Assembly: GCA_038150265.1 (NCBI GenBank)
Contig: JAYOTF010000005.1
Span: 59,595 to 123,594 of the forward strand
Source of the DNA: Deltaproteobacteria bacterium
GTDB lineage: Bacteria > SAR324 > NAC60-12
Direction of reading: 5' to 3'
Length of the DNA stretch: 64,000 nucleotides
How positions within the stretch are numbered: position 1 is the stretch's first letter; each line of letters begins with the position of its first letter. Position numbers and translations under genes: made by a program. Shown here piece after piece: positions 29,239 through 39,102 of this stretch. The notes below the pieces were generated by a model. That model saw only the letters and a program-made list of their open reading frames with translations. It had not been told where the DNA came from and did no database searches.

Positions 29239-30846
29239 TTAGCCCGCGGAGCCCTGGACGAGTCCGAGGACCGAGCGAGGCACCTGGTTGGCCTGAGCCA
29301 CCATGGCCGTGCTGGCTTGCAGCATGATTTGGTCACTGGTGAGCTTCGACATCGTCTCGGCCACATCAGCATCCCGAATCATGGATTCCGCGTTGGTCAG
29401 GTTTTCCTCGGCAATCTTGAGGCTCTCCAGGTTGGCCTCCAGTGCGTTTTTCTGGAAACCGCCCAACTGGGCCCGGAATTGCGACACCTCGTCAATGACG
29501 CTTTCCACGATCCGACCGGCATCCAGGGCACCCTGGGTGGAGGTCACATCCACGTCGGCCAGGCTTTCAAACCCACTCTTGTTGGGAATGCCCTGACCCA
29601 GTCGACGGGACCGAACGTCAATGAAGGAGAACGACGGGGTGAACTCGTTGTTCGGGTGCACCGGGAACTCCTTGGACTGCTGGGAGATGTGCAGGTACCC
29701 TTCGACGGGGCCGCCAACGACTTCCTCGTTGCTTTCTTCCACAAACTCCACACCCACCTGGGCTCCCTTCTCGTCAAAGACCGGAACCTCCTTGAGGCCG
29801 ATTTCGCGAGTGTAGGCCACGGTGGCGCCACTGGCAGCGGTGCCTTCCAGAGCCGTCAGCAGCTGACCACGTCCCAGGGCGACTTCACCGTTGATGGTGC
29901 CCTCGACGTTTTTGCCGGGAGAGGCCAGTTCCGCGACGTTGGCTTCTTGCGAAAGCACCCCGGCGATGGAGCTGGTGACCGAGAAGGACGGCTCATCTCC
30001 AAACTGGTTGTGCCGGACCATCAACTCGCCGTTGGGGGTCTCAAACACGTAGGTGTCGGTTCCAGCCGCATCCATCTCCTTTTGCAGAGCAAAGGTGATG
30101 ATGCCCCGGATCTGAGAGCTCGCTTCCTGAGCCGTGAAGCGGTCGGGCGCAGCATCGTGATTCTTCAGAATCTGGGCAATGTCCTTGGCAATCTGCCCCT
30201 CACGCGTGTCCAGAGTGGCGTTCTTGCCGCCCTCGCTGATCACAATGAAGAGGCCGTTCCGGATGTTGTCCGTATTGATGACGGTGGTGCCCCGGACCTG
30301 AGCCTGGGTGCCGACTTGGGTGATGTCGATGTTCCAGCCCGACTCCGGAGAGTTCGGAGTGGAGGACTCGGCCGACACAAAGCGCAGGTGGTCACCGACG
30401 GTGACGCCGTTGGCGCCCATGCTGCCGTCCAGCAGACGCTTGCCGTTGAATTCCGTGTTGCGGGCAATCCGGTCCATGGTGCTCAACAGGTGCTCAATTT
30501 CCATTTGGTCAGCCTGGAGCATGTCCGGATCATTGACGGCCTCGTTGGCCGCGTGAACCGTCAGCTGCTTCAACCGAACGAGGATGCCACTGACTTCATT
30601 CAGGGCTCCTTCTGCGGTTTGAACCAGCGAAACCGAAGTGGAGGCGTTATTGTAGGCTTGCTGCAAGCCCACAATGTGCCCGCGCAATCGCTCGGAGGCA
30701 ATGAGCGACGCAGGGCCGTCCGCTCCGCGGTTGATTTTTGTTCCCGAGCTCAGTTGCTCGATTCCACCCTTCACTCGATCGAAATTGCTGCTGGCATGCC
30801 GCAACGTCGTGAGGGAGGTGGGGTTTTGTCGAATTGTCATCGCCAT
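29239..30846 (-). CDS. fliC: Flagellin
   Basis: LSSGTKIN, QTAEGALNEV, TEFNGKRLLDG, RAQLGGFQ, AESMIRDADVA, AQANQ. Confidence 0.92.
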   Translation of the reverse strand: MAMTIRQNPTSLTTLRHASSNFDRVKGGIEQLSSGTKINRGADGPASLIASERLRGHIVGLQQAYNNASTSVSLVQTAEGALNEVSGILVRLKQLTVHAANEAVNDPDMLQADQMEIEHLLSTMDRIARNTEFNGKRLLDGSMGANGVTVGDHLRFVSAESSTPNSPESGWNIDITQVGTQAQVRGTTVINTDNIRNGLFIVISEGGKNATLDTREGQIAKDIAQILKNHDAAPDRFTAQEASSQIRGIITFALQKEMDAAGTDTYVFETPNGELMVRHNQFGDEPSFSVTSSIAGVLSQEANVAELASPGKNVEGTINGEVALGRGQLLTALEGTAASGATVAYTREIGLKEVPVFDEKGAQVGVEFVEESNEEVVGGPVEGYLHISQQSKEFPVHPNNEFTPSFSFIDVRSRRLGQGIPNKSGFESLADVDVTSTQGALDAGRIVESVIDEVSQFRAQLGGFQKNALEANLESLKIAEENLTNAESMIRDADVAETMSKLTSDQIMLQASTAMVAQANQVPRSVLGLVQGSAG

Positions 30847-30916
30847 GATGGACTCCTTGGTGGTACAAGTGAAAAACACTCTTCGGCAACGCTACCGTCG
30901 AGCGCTCTTGGGTCCA

Positions 30917-30943
30917 ACATCGGCAGTCGGGGGGAAAACTTTA
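30917..30943 (-). promoter_or_regulatory. Sigma-28 (FliA) promoter of flagellin
   Basis: TAAAGTTT-N11-GCCGATGT, matching the TAAAGTTT-N11-GCCGATAA consensus, about 70 bp upstream of the start. Confidence 0.85.
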
Positions 30944-31032
30944 GCGCAGAAACCGATTCGGGTGAAAAAACTTCAGAATCCGGAGGTCCGGTGAGGAAAG
31001 CGGGAAAACCAGAGGGGGGCTTCCCCGGAAGC

Positions 31033-31779
31033 TCAGAAGAAGAGGCTCTTGCCGAGGCCGAGCACACAGAGGCTGAGGAGGAGGATCAGGGTCAGGCGTC
31101 GGAAGGATTCCGGAGGGGCGGAGACAAAGCGCCGGTTCCCCAGCCACACCCCGATCACCAGCGCCGGAAGGAAGGCCAGCACCCGCAAGGCGATGTCCCA
31201 GGAAAGCAGCTGCTGGGTACCGAGCCAGGAAACGGCATAAAGCTCTCCGGCAAACAGGTAGGCCACCAGCGTCGCACGAGACGTGGCCACCCCGGCCGGA
31301 GTCGCCAGGAAGAGCAGGACCACCGGAAGCCCTCCGACCGCCGCAAGGCCATTGGTGAAGCCCGAGACCATGCCGGTGCCAACGGTAAAGGCCCGTCCGC
31401 CGCCTTTTTCGAGGCGGATGCCCTTGAGCAGGAGGAGCGCGCAGATGAGGATCACCCCATAAACAAGGGGGCGGACCGAGGCGTCATCCAGCACCGCCAG
31501 CGCCAGGATGCCCAGTGGCATGGCCAAGGCGGCTCCCACGCCCAGCTCGCCCACCCGGCGCCAGTCCACCTCTCGCCACACCAGCGGAAGGAGGTGGAGG
31601 CTGGCGACAATCTCCATGAGGAAGGCCGAGGGCACCACCTCCGCCGGAGGCAGCACCAGCGAATGCGTGGCCACCACAAGCGCGGAGAAGCCAAAGCCCG
31701 TGTAGCCCCGGACGACCCCGGCTCCCAACACCACGAGCCAGCATCCGGCCAATGCTTCCCACGAAAGTCCGGCCCACAT
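31033..31779 (-). CDS. TauE/SafE (TSUP) family membrane transporter
   Basis: GVVRGYTGFGFS, GxxxGGLP repeat, about 8 TM helices. Confidence 0.85.
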   Translation of the reverse strand: MWAGLSWEALAGCWLVVLGAGVVRGYTGFGFSALVVATHSLVLPPAEVVPSAFLMEIVASLHLLPLVWREVDWRRVGELGVGAALAMPLGILALAVLDDASVRPLVYGVILICALLLLKGIRLEKGGGRAFTVGTGMVSGFTNGLAAVGGLPVVLLFLATPAGVATSRATLVAYLFAGELYAVSWLGTQQLLSWDIALRVLAFLPALVIGVWLGNRRFVSAPPESFRRLTLILLLSLCVLGLGKSLFF

Positions 31780-31803
31780 GAGATTCCTTTTTTCAGTAAG
31801 AGG

Positions 31804-32070
31804 TCAGGAAGAAGGCGGGTCTTCCGCATCCCGCAGCTCAAGGTAGCGACGCTGCAGGAGGAGTTTCTGTTGCTGGTAGTCCTTCTTTCCGAGGCGTCCG
31901 AGCTGGTAGTCGTCTTCCAACTCGCTGAGTGCTGCCAGGAGGGACTCGGCTTCGTTGAACTCGGTCTGCTCCTGGCGGAGCAGGTAGTTCTGCAGTCCAG
32001 AAAAGAACAGGGGGTACGCGATGATCGCAATGGTCACCACACTCAGCACAAGGGCTGCGAGCAACGTCAT
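31804..32070 (-). CDS. Small membrane-anchored protein resembling the CcmI/CycH N-terminal domain
   Basis: TM helix ending YPL, then LSELEDDYQLGRLGKKDY. Confidence 0.55.
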   Translation of the reverse strand: MTLLAALVLSVVTIAIIAYPLFFSGLQNYLLRQEQTEFNEAESLLAALSELEDDYQLGRLGKKDYQQQKLLLQRRYLELRDAEDPPSS

Positions 32071-32492
32071 GACGCTTTGGAGAGAGAGGTCGGCGTGAGG
32101 AAAGGAGCCAGCACTTCCTGAGCTTCCGGAAGCGCCAGCAGTTCAGTCAGGCGAGTGCGGTGCGCCTCCAGGTGCCAGAATCCCACCAGGCACTCGAATC
32201 CGGTGGCGGCTCGGTATTCCTTGACCGTGGCATGCTTGGGAACGGAAGCCGGGCGCAGGTTCCGTCCGCGTCGAAACACGGCCAGCTCCGCTTCAGAGAG
32301 CTGGGGCAACAGGGTCTGAACCAGTTGAGACTGCGTCTGGCACCGAACCAGACCAATCACTCGGCGTGAAACCTCGGCGGGCGTCTGGAAGCGCGCGAGG
32401 ACTTGCTCCCGGCACCAGGTTTCATAAAGCGCATCGCCGAGGTAGGAGAGGGCAAAAACGGAAGCCGAATCCGTGGTCAGAGCGCGCGCCAT
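32067..32492 (-). CDS. mrnC: Mini-ribonuclease III
   Basis: LSYLGDALYE, FRRGRN, EYRAATGFECLVG; no dsRNA-binding domain. Confidence 0.85.
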   Translation of the reverse strand: MARALTTDSASVFALSYLGDALYETWCREQVLARFQTPAEVSRRVIGLVRCQTQSQLVQTLLPQLSEAELAVFRRGRNLRPASVPKHATVKEYRAATGFECLVGFWHLEAHRTRLTELLALPEAQEVLAPFLTPTSLSKAS

Positions 32493-33043
32493 TCCGGATC
32501 CGAGGCGCAGATGATGCGGCTTTGACGAACCCGGAACATGCCGTTCGGGACCACGCGCTCATGCACAATCTCTGTTTCAGCATCATCCTGACGCCGCACG
32601 CCGAAGCTGCCGTCTGTCCGGAGGATGATTTCTGCTCCCGGAAGGGCATAGAAGGTCTGGCTGCCTCGGTCAATCACGGCCGGACGTGGAATCTCAGGAC
32701 GAGGCTCACGAGGAGGACGGGCCTCGCGAGGGGGGCGCTCACGCTCCGGATCCTCTGCAGGCTGGACCTGCTGGATCGGCAGCTCGTTCCAGTTGTCCGG
32801 AAGCTCGGAGCCCGCTCGAAGCAGGCAGACCGCCCGATCCGGACCTTCTCCCACGGAGTGGCTCTCCAGTCCATAGTCGGTGCCGAGCTTGTGGAGCAGG
32901 CGCCGCCGGTACGAGTTCATCGGCTCAAAGCGCAAAACGGTCTCTTCCGTCTCCAGAAAACGATTGATGCTCTGATCGGCTTGTTCAATCAGCGTCTGTT
33001 CCACTTCGCTGATTTCCGTGTCTTGAAAAAGGTGAGCCTTCAT
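32477..33043 (-). CDS. R3H domain nucleic-acid-binding protein
   Basis: EPMNSYRRRLLH...LESHSVGEGPDRAV; Pro/Arg linker; unknown C-terminal domain. Confidence 0.8.
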   Translation of the reverse strand: MKAHLFQDTEISEVEQTLIEQADQSINRFLETEETVLRFEPMNSYRRRLLHKLGTDYGLESHSVGEGPDRAVCLLRAGSELPDNWNELPIQQVQPAEDPERERPPREARPPREPRPEIPRPAVIDRGSQTFYALPGAEIILRTDGSFGVRRQDDAETEIVHERVVPNGMFRVRQSRIICASDPEWRAL

Positions 33044-33055
33044 GAATTTGAATTC

Positions 33056-35500
33056 TTATGAGGGAATCGAGGTCCCGGAGGGGACGTCAAAGTTTTGTTG
33101 AGGAATAAGGGAGGTGTCGGGCTCAGCCGCCGCTTCCTCCTTGGGATCCACCACGGGGCTGGGGAAATGCTCCAGCGCGTGGTGAAGGACTTCATCCAGG
33201 GTCTGGACCGGAATGATCTCCAGCGCGTCCTTGATCTCGTTGGGGATTTCCTGAAGGTCCTTCCGGTTCTTTTCAGGAATGAGCACCTTCTGACTCAGGC
33301 CACGCTTGGCGGCCAGGAGCTTTTCCTTGAGGCCACCGATTGGGAGGACCTTGCCCCGGAGGGTGACTTCTCCGGTCATGGCCACTTCTCGGCAAACCGG
33401 AATGCCGGTGAAGGCGCTGACGAGCGAGGTGCTGATGGTGACGCCTGCAGAGGGGCCGTCCTTGGGAACCGCCCCTTCGGGAACGTGGACGTGGATGTCG
33501 CACTCCTTGAACGCAGACGAGTAAATGCCAAGACGGTTGCCGTTGGTCCGGACGTAAGTCAGGGCCGCCTGCGCAGACTCCTTCATCACGTCTCCGAGCT
33601 TTCCGGTCAACTGGAGCTTGCCCACGCCTTTCATGAGGCTGACCTCGGTGATGAGCATTTCGCCTCCGGCCTGCGTCCAGGCGAGTCCGGCGGTGGTGCC
33701 CACCTCGTTCTTCTCTTCTGCCCGATGGTGCTTGTACTTGGGCACCCCCAGCAGGTCGTTGACCCGCTTCGGTGTGACCACGTACTTCTTCTTTTCCTTG
33801 GACCGGACGAGCTGGGTGGCCACCTTGCGGCAAGCCTTGGCGATCTCGCGCTCCAGGTTCCGGACGCCTGCTTCGCGCGTGTAGCGCTGAATGATTTCGG
33901 TGAGGGCGGCAGACTGAAACTGGATCTGCTTGCCGGTCAGGCCGTTTTCTTCCATCTGCTTGGGAAGCAGGTGCTGCTGGGCAATGTGTTCCTTTTCCAG
34001 CTCGGTGTAGCCCGAAAGCTGGATGACTTCCATCCGGTCCTTCAGGGCGCGGGGAATGTTTTGCGCGACGTTGGCGGTGCAGAAGAAGAGGACGTCTGAC
34101 AGGTCGAACTCCACCTCCAGGTAGTGATCCATGAAGGTGCTGTTCTGTTCCGGATCCAGGACCTCCAGCAGGGCGGCCGCAGGATCGCCCATCACCCCGC
34201 GGGTCATCTTGTCGATCTCGTCAAGCAGCAGCAGCGGGTTCCGGCTCTTGCTCTTGCGCAACGACTGCACGATTTTTCCCGGAAGGGCCCCGACGTAAGT
34301 CCGGCGGTGTCCGCGGATTTCGGCTTCGTCCCGGACGCCTCCGAGGCTGATGCGGGAGAACTTGCGGCCCAGGGCTTCAGCGACGGAGCGGGCCAGGGAC
34401 GTCTTCCCGACCCCAGGCGGGCCGACGAGGCAGATGATGGGGCCCTTCATCTTGCCGACCTGCTTGGCGACAGCAAGGTACTCGATGATGCGCTCCTTGA
34501 TCTTTTCCAGGCCGTAGTGCCGGTCGTTGAGCACCTGCTCGGCGTGGTTGAGGTCGAAGCAATCCTCGGTACGCTCCTCCCAGGGCATGGACACCAGCCA
34601 GTCCAGGTAGTTCCGGACCACGTTGGCTTCTGCCGACATGGGGGGCATCATCCGGAGCTTCTTCAGCTCCTTCTCTGCGGTCTCCTTGGCTTCCTTGCTG
34701 AGGGGGACGTCTTCAATCTTCTGGGTGTACTCCTCAATCTCCGCCTTCCCGTCGTCTCCCTGTCCGAGTTCCTTCTGGATGGCCTTGATCTGTTCATTGA
34801 GGTAGTACTCCTTCTGCGTTCGTCCAATCTGTCCCTGAACGCGTTCCTTGAGCTTGCGCTCCACCTTCTTGAACTCGCTTTCCTCCAGCATGCGTTCAAA
34901 GACGATCTGGAGCCGCTCTGCCGGGTCGGCATTTTCCAGCAGGGCCTGCTTCTTGTCGAGGTTCATGTTCAGGAGCGGGGCAATGCGGTCGGCGAGCCGG
35001 TGCGGGGGCTCGGCATCAATCCCCAGCTTCTCCACGCCTTCGGTGTGCCGCTTGACCTCCTTGAGGTAGCGCTTGAACTCGCTCCGGACGTTCTTGCTCA
35101 GGGCAATGATCGCTGGCGTTTGCACCGGCGCCTCGTGGATGGGCTCCACCGTGGCGGCGTAGTGCGGCCCATCGAGGCGGACATCCAGGAGCTTTCCACG
35201 CATCTGAGCCTCAAACAGGGCCTTGATGGTGCCGTTATGGAGCCGCATGATCTGCAGCACCTTGCCGATGGTTCCCACCTTGAACAGGTTTTCCGGCTGG
35301 GGGTCTTCCACCAGCGGATCTTCCTGGGCGACCACGAAGATCTGACGGTCTCCGTTGAGGGCTTTTTCCAGCGCGGCAATGGACAGGGGGCGCCCAATGA
35401 AGAACGGGGCCGTCATGTGCGGAAACACCACAATGTCCCGCATGGGCAGCATGGGCAAAAACAGCTGAGGGGGCAGTGAGGAGTTAGGATCAGAGGTCAT
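33056..35500 (-). CDS. lon: ATP-dependent protease La
   Basis: [39 protein letters not shown]. Confidence 0.98.
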   Translation of the reverse strand: MTSDPNSSLPPQLFLPMLPMRDIVVFPHMTAPFFIGRPLSIAALEKALNGDRQIFVVAQEDPLVEDPQPENLFKVGTIGKVLQIMRLHNGTIKALFEAQMRGKLLDVRLDGPHYAATVEPIHEAPVQTPAIIALSKNVRSEFKRYLKEVKRHTEGVEKLGIDAEPPHRLADRIAPLLNMNLDKKQALLENADPAERLQIVFERMLEESEFKKVERKLKERVQGQIGRTQKEYYLNEQIKAIQKELGQGDDGKAEIEEYTQKIEDVPLSKEAKETAEKELKKLRMMPPMSAEANVVRNYLDWLVSMPWEERTEDCFDLNHAEQVLNDRHYGLEKIKERIIEYLAVAKQVGKMKGPIICLVGPPGVGKTSLARSVAEALGRKFSRISLGGVRDEAEIRGHRRTYVGALPGKIVQSLRKSKSRNPLLLLDEIDKMTRGVMGDPAAALLEVLDPEQNSTFMDHYLEVEFDLSDVLFFCTANVAQNIPRALKDRMEVIQLSGYTELEKEHIAQQHLLPKQMEENGLTGKQIQFQSAALTEIIQRYTREAGVRNLEREIAKACRKVATQLVRSKEKKKYVVTPKRVNDLLGVPKYKHHRAEEKNEVGTTAGLAWTQAGGEMLITEVSLMKGVGKLQLTGKLGDVMKESAQAALTYVRTNGNRLGIYSSAFKECDIHVHVPEGAVPKDGPSAGVTISTSLVSAFTGIPVCREVAMTGEVTLRGKVLPIGGLKEKLLAAKRGLSQKVLIPEKNRKDLQEIPNEIKDALEIIPVQTLDEVLHHALEHFPSPVVDPKEEAAAEPDTSLIPQQNFDVPSGTSIPS

Positions 35501-35620
35501 CCGAGTCTCCGTAAATCTTGGGGTCGCAAGGAGTGATGTGTTTGGAACGGATCGCTGGCAGAAATGTTATTCAAACGAAAAGAGTAACGTTCCGGTTAGG
35601 AAAGAGCAAGGCTCGGGCAA

Positions 35621-35935
35621 TCAAGGCACCTGCGGGGTGGCCAGAACCTCCACACAGGTTTGCCCTCCGGAGGAGCTGCGGCCAATTTCCTTGAAGCGGG
35701 GGAGGTACCGCTCATTGCCGACGACACTCCGCAGGTGGAAGGCGGCCGTGTTTTCGGCCGCTCGCCGTGCTTCCTGAGGATCCAGCGCACAGGCGCGTCC
35801 CCGGACGGTGGCATCAAGGCCTCCCTTGTCGGCAACTTCGTAGCGGGGGTCGAAGGTGCTGCGGAACAAATCACTGGAGTTGCTGCTGCAGGCTCCGAGC
35901 AAGCCGACGCTGAGGAAGATCACAATCAATCGCAT
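35621..35935 (-). CDS. Hypothetical lipoprotein
   Basis: Lipobox LLGAC; two further Cys. Confidence 0.65.
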   Translation of the reverse strand: MRLIVIFLSVGLLGACSSNSSDLFRSTFDPRYEVADKGGLDATVRGRACALDPQEARRAAENTAAFHLRSVVGNERYLPRFKEIGRSSSGGQTCVEVLATPQVP

Positions 35936-36051
35936 GGTTTTGCCATTCCGCCGAGGGTAAGTTAACGTAACACGTCTGGAGCATCCTGGCGGATGCCCCC
36001 TTCAGGACTTCCACAAATGTTCAACAACCCTGCCACCACGAGAGACGTCGC

Positions 36052-37332
36052 ATGCAGATGAAGCACTCTTCTGAACTTTTCCTCCGCGCCCAGCAACGCA
36101 TTCCCGGCGGAGTCAACAGCCCGGTCCGCGCCTTCCGAGCGGTCGGCGGGAAGCCTCTGTTCATTCAGCGGGCCTCGGGGTCCAAGCTGTTTGATGTGGA
36201 CGGGAACGAGTACATCGACTACATCGGTTCGTGGGGGCCCATGCTCCTGGGGCATTGCAACCCCGAGGTCACTCAGGCGGTGCAGGACGCGCTTCAGTTC
36301 GGAACCTCCTTTGGCGCGCCCACGCCCGGAGAGATCACCATTGCCGAGCAGATCTGTGACGCCGTTCCCAGCGTGGAAATGGTCCGGCTGGTGAACTCCG
36401 GAACCGAGGCCACCATGGGAGCCCTGCGGGTGGCCCGAGGGTACACGGGGCGCGACAAGGTCCTGAAGTTTGAGGGCTGCTACCATGGCAGCGTCGATTC
36501 GTTGCTGGTCAAGGCCGGCTCCGGCGCCATGACCCTGGGGCTCCCGGATTCTCCAGGGGTGCCCAGCTCGTACACGGAGCACACCCTGCTGGCCGAGTTC
36601 AACAACCTCGAGTCTGTGGCCGATGCGGTGGACGCCCATCCGGGAGAAGTGGCGGCCATCATCCTGGAGCCGGTTCCGGGGAATATGGGGATGCTGCAGC
36701 CGGAACACGGCTTCCTCCAGGGCCTGCGGGAACTCTGTGACCGGGAAGGCATCGTGCTGATCTTTGATGAGGTCATGAGTGGCTTCCGGGTCGACTTTGG
36801 TGGGGCTCAAGCGCTTTTGGGAATCATGCCCGACCTGACCACCTTTGGGAAGGTGATTGGAGGAGGGCTTCCAGTGGGCGCGTATGGAGGACGTCAGGAC
36901 ATCATGGCGGTTGTGGCGCCGTCGGGTCCGGTGTACCAGGCCGGCACGCTCTCTGGGAATCCCCTTGCGGTGGCAGCGGGGAGCGCCATGTTGCGGCAAC
37001 TCAAGGAGCTCAATCCGTATTCGGATCTTGCCCGCAAGACCAACTGGCTCCTCAGTGAGCTTCAGGACGCGTGTCAGAAGGTGGGAGTGCCGGTGCAAAC
37101 CTGTGCCATGGGGGGCATGTTTGGGTTCTTCTTCTCCGAAAAACCGGTCCGGAACTACCAGGATGCGCTGCAGACCGATACTCAACGCTTCTCCACCTTC
37201 TTCCGGAAGATGCTGGAGCAGGGCGTTTACCTGGCACCCTCTGCGTTTGAGTCGCTCTTCCTGTCAACCACCCACAGCGAGGAGGATCTGGAAAAAACGG
37301 CTGCCGCGTTCCGGGTGGCGTTGCAGGCTTAA
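36052..37332 (+). CDS. hemL: Glutamate-1-semialdehyde 2,1-aminomutase
   Basis: PGGVNSPVRAF, NSGTEA, FDEVMSGFR, FGKVIGGG, YQAGTLSGNP. Confidence 0.98.
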   Translation: MQMKHSSELFLRAQQRIPGGVNSPVRAFRAVGGKPLFIQRASGSKLFDVDGNEYIDYIGSWGPMLLGHCNPEVTQAVQDALQFGTSFGAPTPGEITIAEQICDAVPSVEMVRLVNSGTEATMGALRVARGYTGRDKVLKFEGCYHGSVDSLLVKAGSGAMTLGLPDSPGVPSSYTEHTLLAEFNNLESVADAVDAHPGEVAAIILEPVPGNMGMLQPEHGFLQGLRELCDREGIVLIFDEVMSGFRVDFGGAQALLGIMPDLTTFGKVIGGGLPVGAYGGRQDIMAVVAPSGPVYQAGTLSGNPLAVAAGSAMLRQLKELNPYSDLARKTNWLLSELQDACQKVGVPVQTCAMGGMFGFFFSEKPVRNYQDALQTDTQRFSTFFRKMLEQGVYLAPSAFESLFLSTTHSEEDLEKTAAAFRVALQA

Positions 37333-37628
37333 CGCTTGCGCTCATCGGGGTGAGTGATTTCGGTAATCCTCACGCCAAAGTGATCATTCACGACCACGAC
37401 CTCGCCCCGGGCAATGAGACGGTCGCCGGCCAGGACCTCAACGGGCTCCCCTGCGACCTTTTCCAAATCCACCAGGCTTCCGGTTTTCCAGGACATGACT
37501 TCCCGGAGCGGGACCTGGGCACGTCCAATTTCAACCTCAAGGGTCTGGGGCACGTCCATCACAAAACGGAGGCGCTCCACCAGGTTTTCGGCATCCGAAT
37601 CGGTTTTTTGTGGGACTAAATCATTCAT
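37329..37628 (-). CDS. fliN: Flagellar motor switch protein FliN
   Basis: LEVEIGR, AGEPV, IARGEVVVVNDHFGVRIT. Confidence 0.88.
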   Translation of the reverse strand: MNDLVPQKTDSDAENLVERLRFVMDVPQTLEVEIGRAQVPLREVMSWKTGSLVDLEKVAGEPVEVLAGDRLIARGEVVVVNDHFGVRITEITHPDERKR

Positions 37629-37740
37629 GGGCGTGTTCCTCTTTCAGAGACCGGTTCGTTTCCCCCTTGCAACTCGGGCTGAAACTGGATTTAATTGCTG
37701 CTTTCGAATTCACCGTTGACCCTGTCATTTTTGGAGAATC

Positions 37741-37932
37741 ATGTTTGGTCTTGGACTGCCGGAATTACTTGTCATCCTTGGAATTGTCGTCCTGCTTTTT
37801 GGGGCAAAGCGTCTCCCGATGATCGGAGATGGCCTCGGTTCCATGATCACCAACTTTAAGAAGGCTCGGGCCAAGGAGCAAATTGATGGTCCGGCTGAAG
37901 AGAAGCCTGCGACGGAGCGCGAAGCAAGTTAA
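37741..37932 (+). CDS. tatA: Twin-arginine translocase subunit
   Basis: MFGLGLPEL...LLFGAKRLP...NFKK. Confidence 0.93.
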   Translation: MFGLGLPELLVILGIVVLLFGAKRLPMIGDGLGSMITNFKKARAKEQIDGPAEEKPATEREAS

Positions 37933-37938
37933 GTCCGC

Positions 37939-38379
37939 TTAACGCTTGGCTTGGGGCTGAATGACGAGGTTGAGGCTCACGCCCAGCTCCTTCAGCCTCG
38001 CAATGACGGGGACCAGCGCCCCGTACCGCGCGTTTTCGTCGGCTTCCAGGTCGACCTGCCACGGCTCCTTCTCCTTCTCGGTCCACGTCCGGACCCGCTC
38101 CTGGAAGATCCGCTGACTCTCCTCGTCGCTGCTGAGTCCAATCCTCGCATCGTCCACATACAGCACCCCCTCCTTGTCCACGACCACCCGCAGAGGCTCC
38201 TCCATGGGTTTGATCTTGTCCTGACTGAACTGGTCCTGAGGCAGGTCCACCTGAATGGCGTGATTGATGATCGGGGCGGTCACCATGAAAATGACCAGCA
38301 GCACCAGCAGCACGTCCACAAAGGGCGTGACGTTGATTTCACTGAGAGACTCGTTCTCTTGAAACGGTGAGCTGCTCAT
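37939..38379 (-). CDS. tolR: TolR/ExbD family protein
   Basis: EINVTPFVDVLLVLLVIFMVTAP. Confidence 0.88.
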   Translation of the reverse strand: MSSSPFQENESLSEINVTPFVDVLLVLLVIFMVTAPIINHAIQVDLPQDQFSQDKIKPMEEPLRVVVDKEGVLYVDDARIGLSSDEESQRIFQERVRTWTEKEKEPWQVDLEADENARYGALVPVIARLKELGVSLNLVIQPQAKR

Positions 38380-39067
38380 GAAGGATCCACTCCAGGCGGT
38401 TGGAAAGCTCCGAGCCAAAGTCTCGCATGGCGTTGCCCTGGAGGCGGACTCGGTTGCGGTAATGATTGTATCCCATCAGGGCCGGAATCGCGGCCAGCAG
38501 TCCCGCTGCGGTGGCAATCAGGGCTTCGGAAATTCCGGGAGCGACGGCTGCCAGGCTGGTGACGCCTGAGACACCGATGCTCTGGAAGGAGTCGATGATG
38601 CCCAAGACGGTGCCAAAGAGGCCAATGAAGGGGGAGGCGCTGGAGATGGTGGCCAGCAGGTTCAGTTGCTGCTCCAGTGTGGAGAGCTGCTCCAGGATGC
38701 CTCGGTCCGTGAGACGCTGCAGGCGGACCGTGATGTGAGGAAGCATCGTGGGGCCAATGCCCTTGTCCCGCGCCCGACGCGAGGACTCAACCGCTTCCTG
38801 GTAGGTGCTTTCAAAGATGGAACGGAAGGGAGACTCCGGAAGCTCCTTGACCTGGTGGATGATCTCTTTCATCCGGATGTCTTCCTCAAACGCCTCCCAG
38901 AACAGCAGGTTCCCCTGCTGAACCTTCTTCAGCTGACGAGACTTGCGGATGATGATGGCCCAGGAAAGGCAGGAGAGGAGCAGCAGGAGCAGCAGAATGA
39001 GCTGCCCCATGATGCTGCCACCCAGCACCATCCCCACAAGACCGTGATCTTCAATTAACTCAGGCAT
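38339..39067 (-). CDS. tolQ: TolQ/ExbB proton-channel protein
   Basis: SPFIGLFGTVLGI, VAPGISEALIATAAGL. Confidence 0.88.
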   Translation of the reverse strand: MPELIEDHGLVGMVLGGSIMGQLILLLLLLLSCLSWAIIIRKSRQLKKVQQGNLLFWEAFEEDIRMKEIIHQVKELPESPFRSIFESTYQEAVESSRRARDKGIGPTMLPHITVRLQRLTDRGILEQLSTLEQQLNLLATISSASPFIGLFGTVLGIIDSFQSIGVSGVTSLAAVAPGISEALIATAAGLLAAIPALMGYNHYRNRVRLQGNAMRDFGSELSNRLEWILHEQLTVSRERVSQ

Positions 39068-39102
39068 TGTGTGTCGGGAGGTGCTGAGGCGTCAGGGAAG
39101 GA

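Noticed and set aside
29317..32121. 934-aa plus-strand ORF
   Set aside because: Antisense to flagellin, TauE and a small gene; crosses the sigma-28 promoter; no domain signal.
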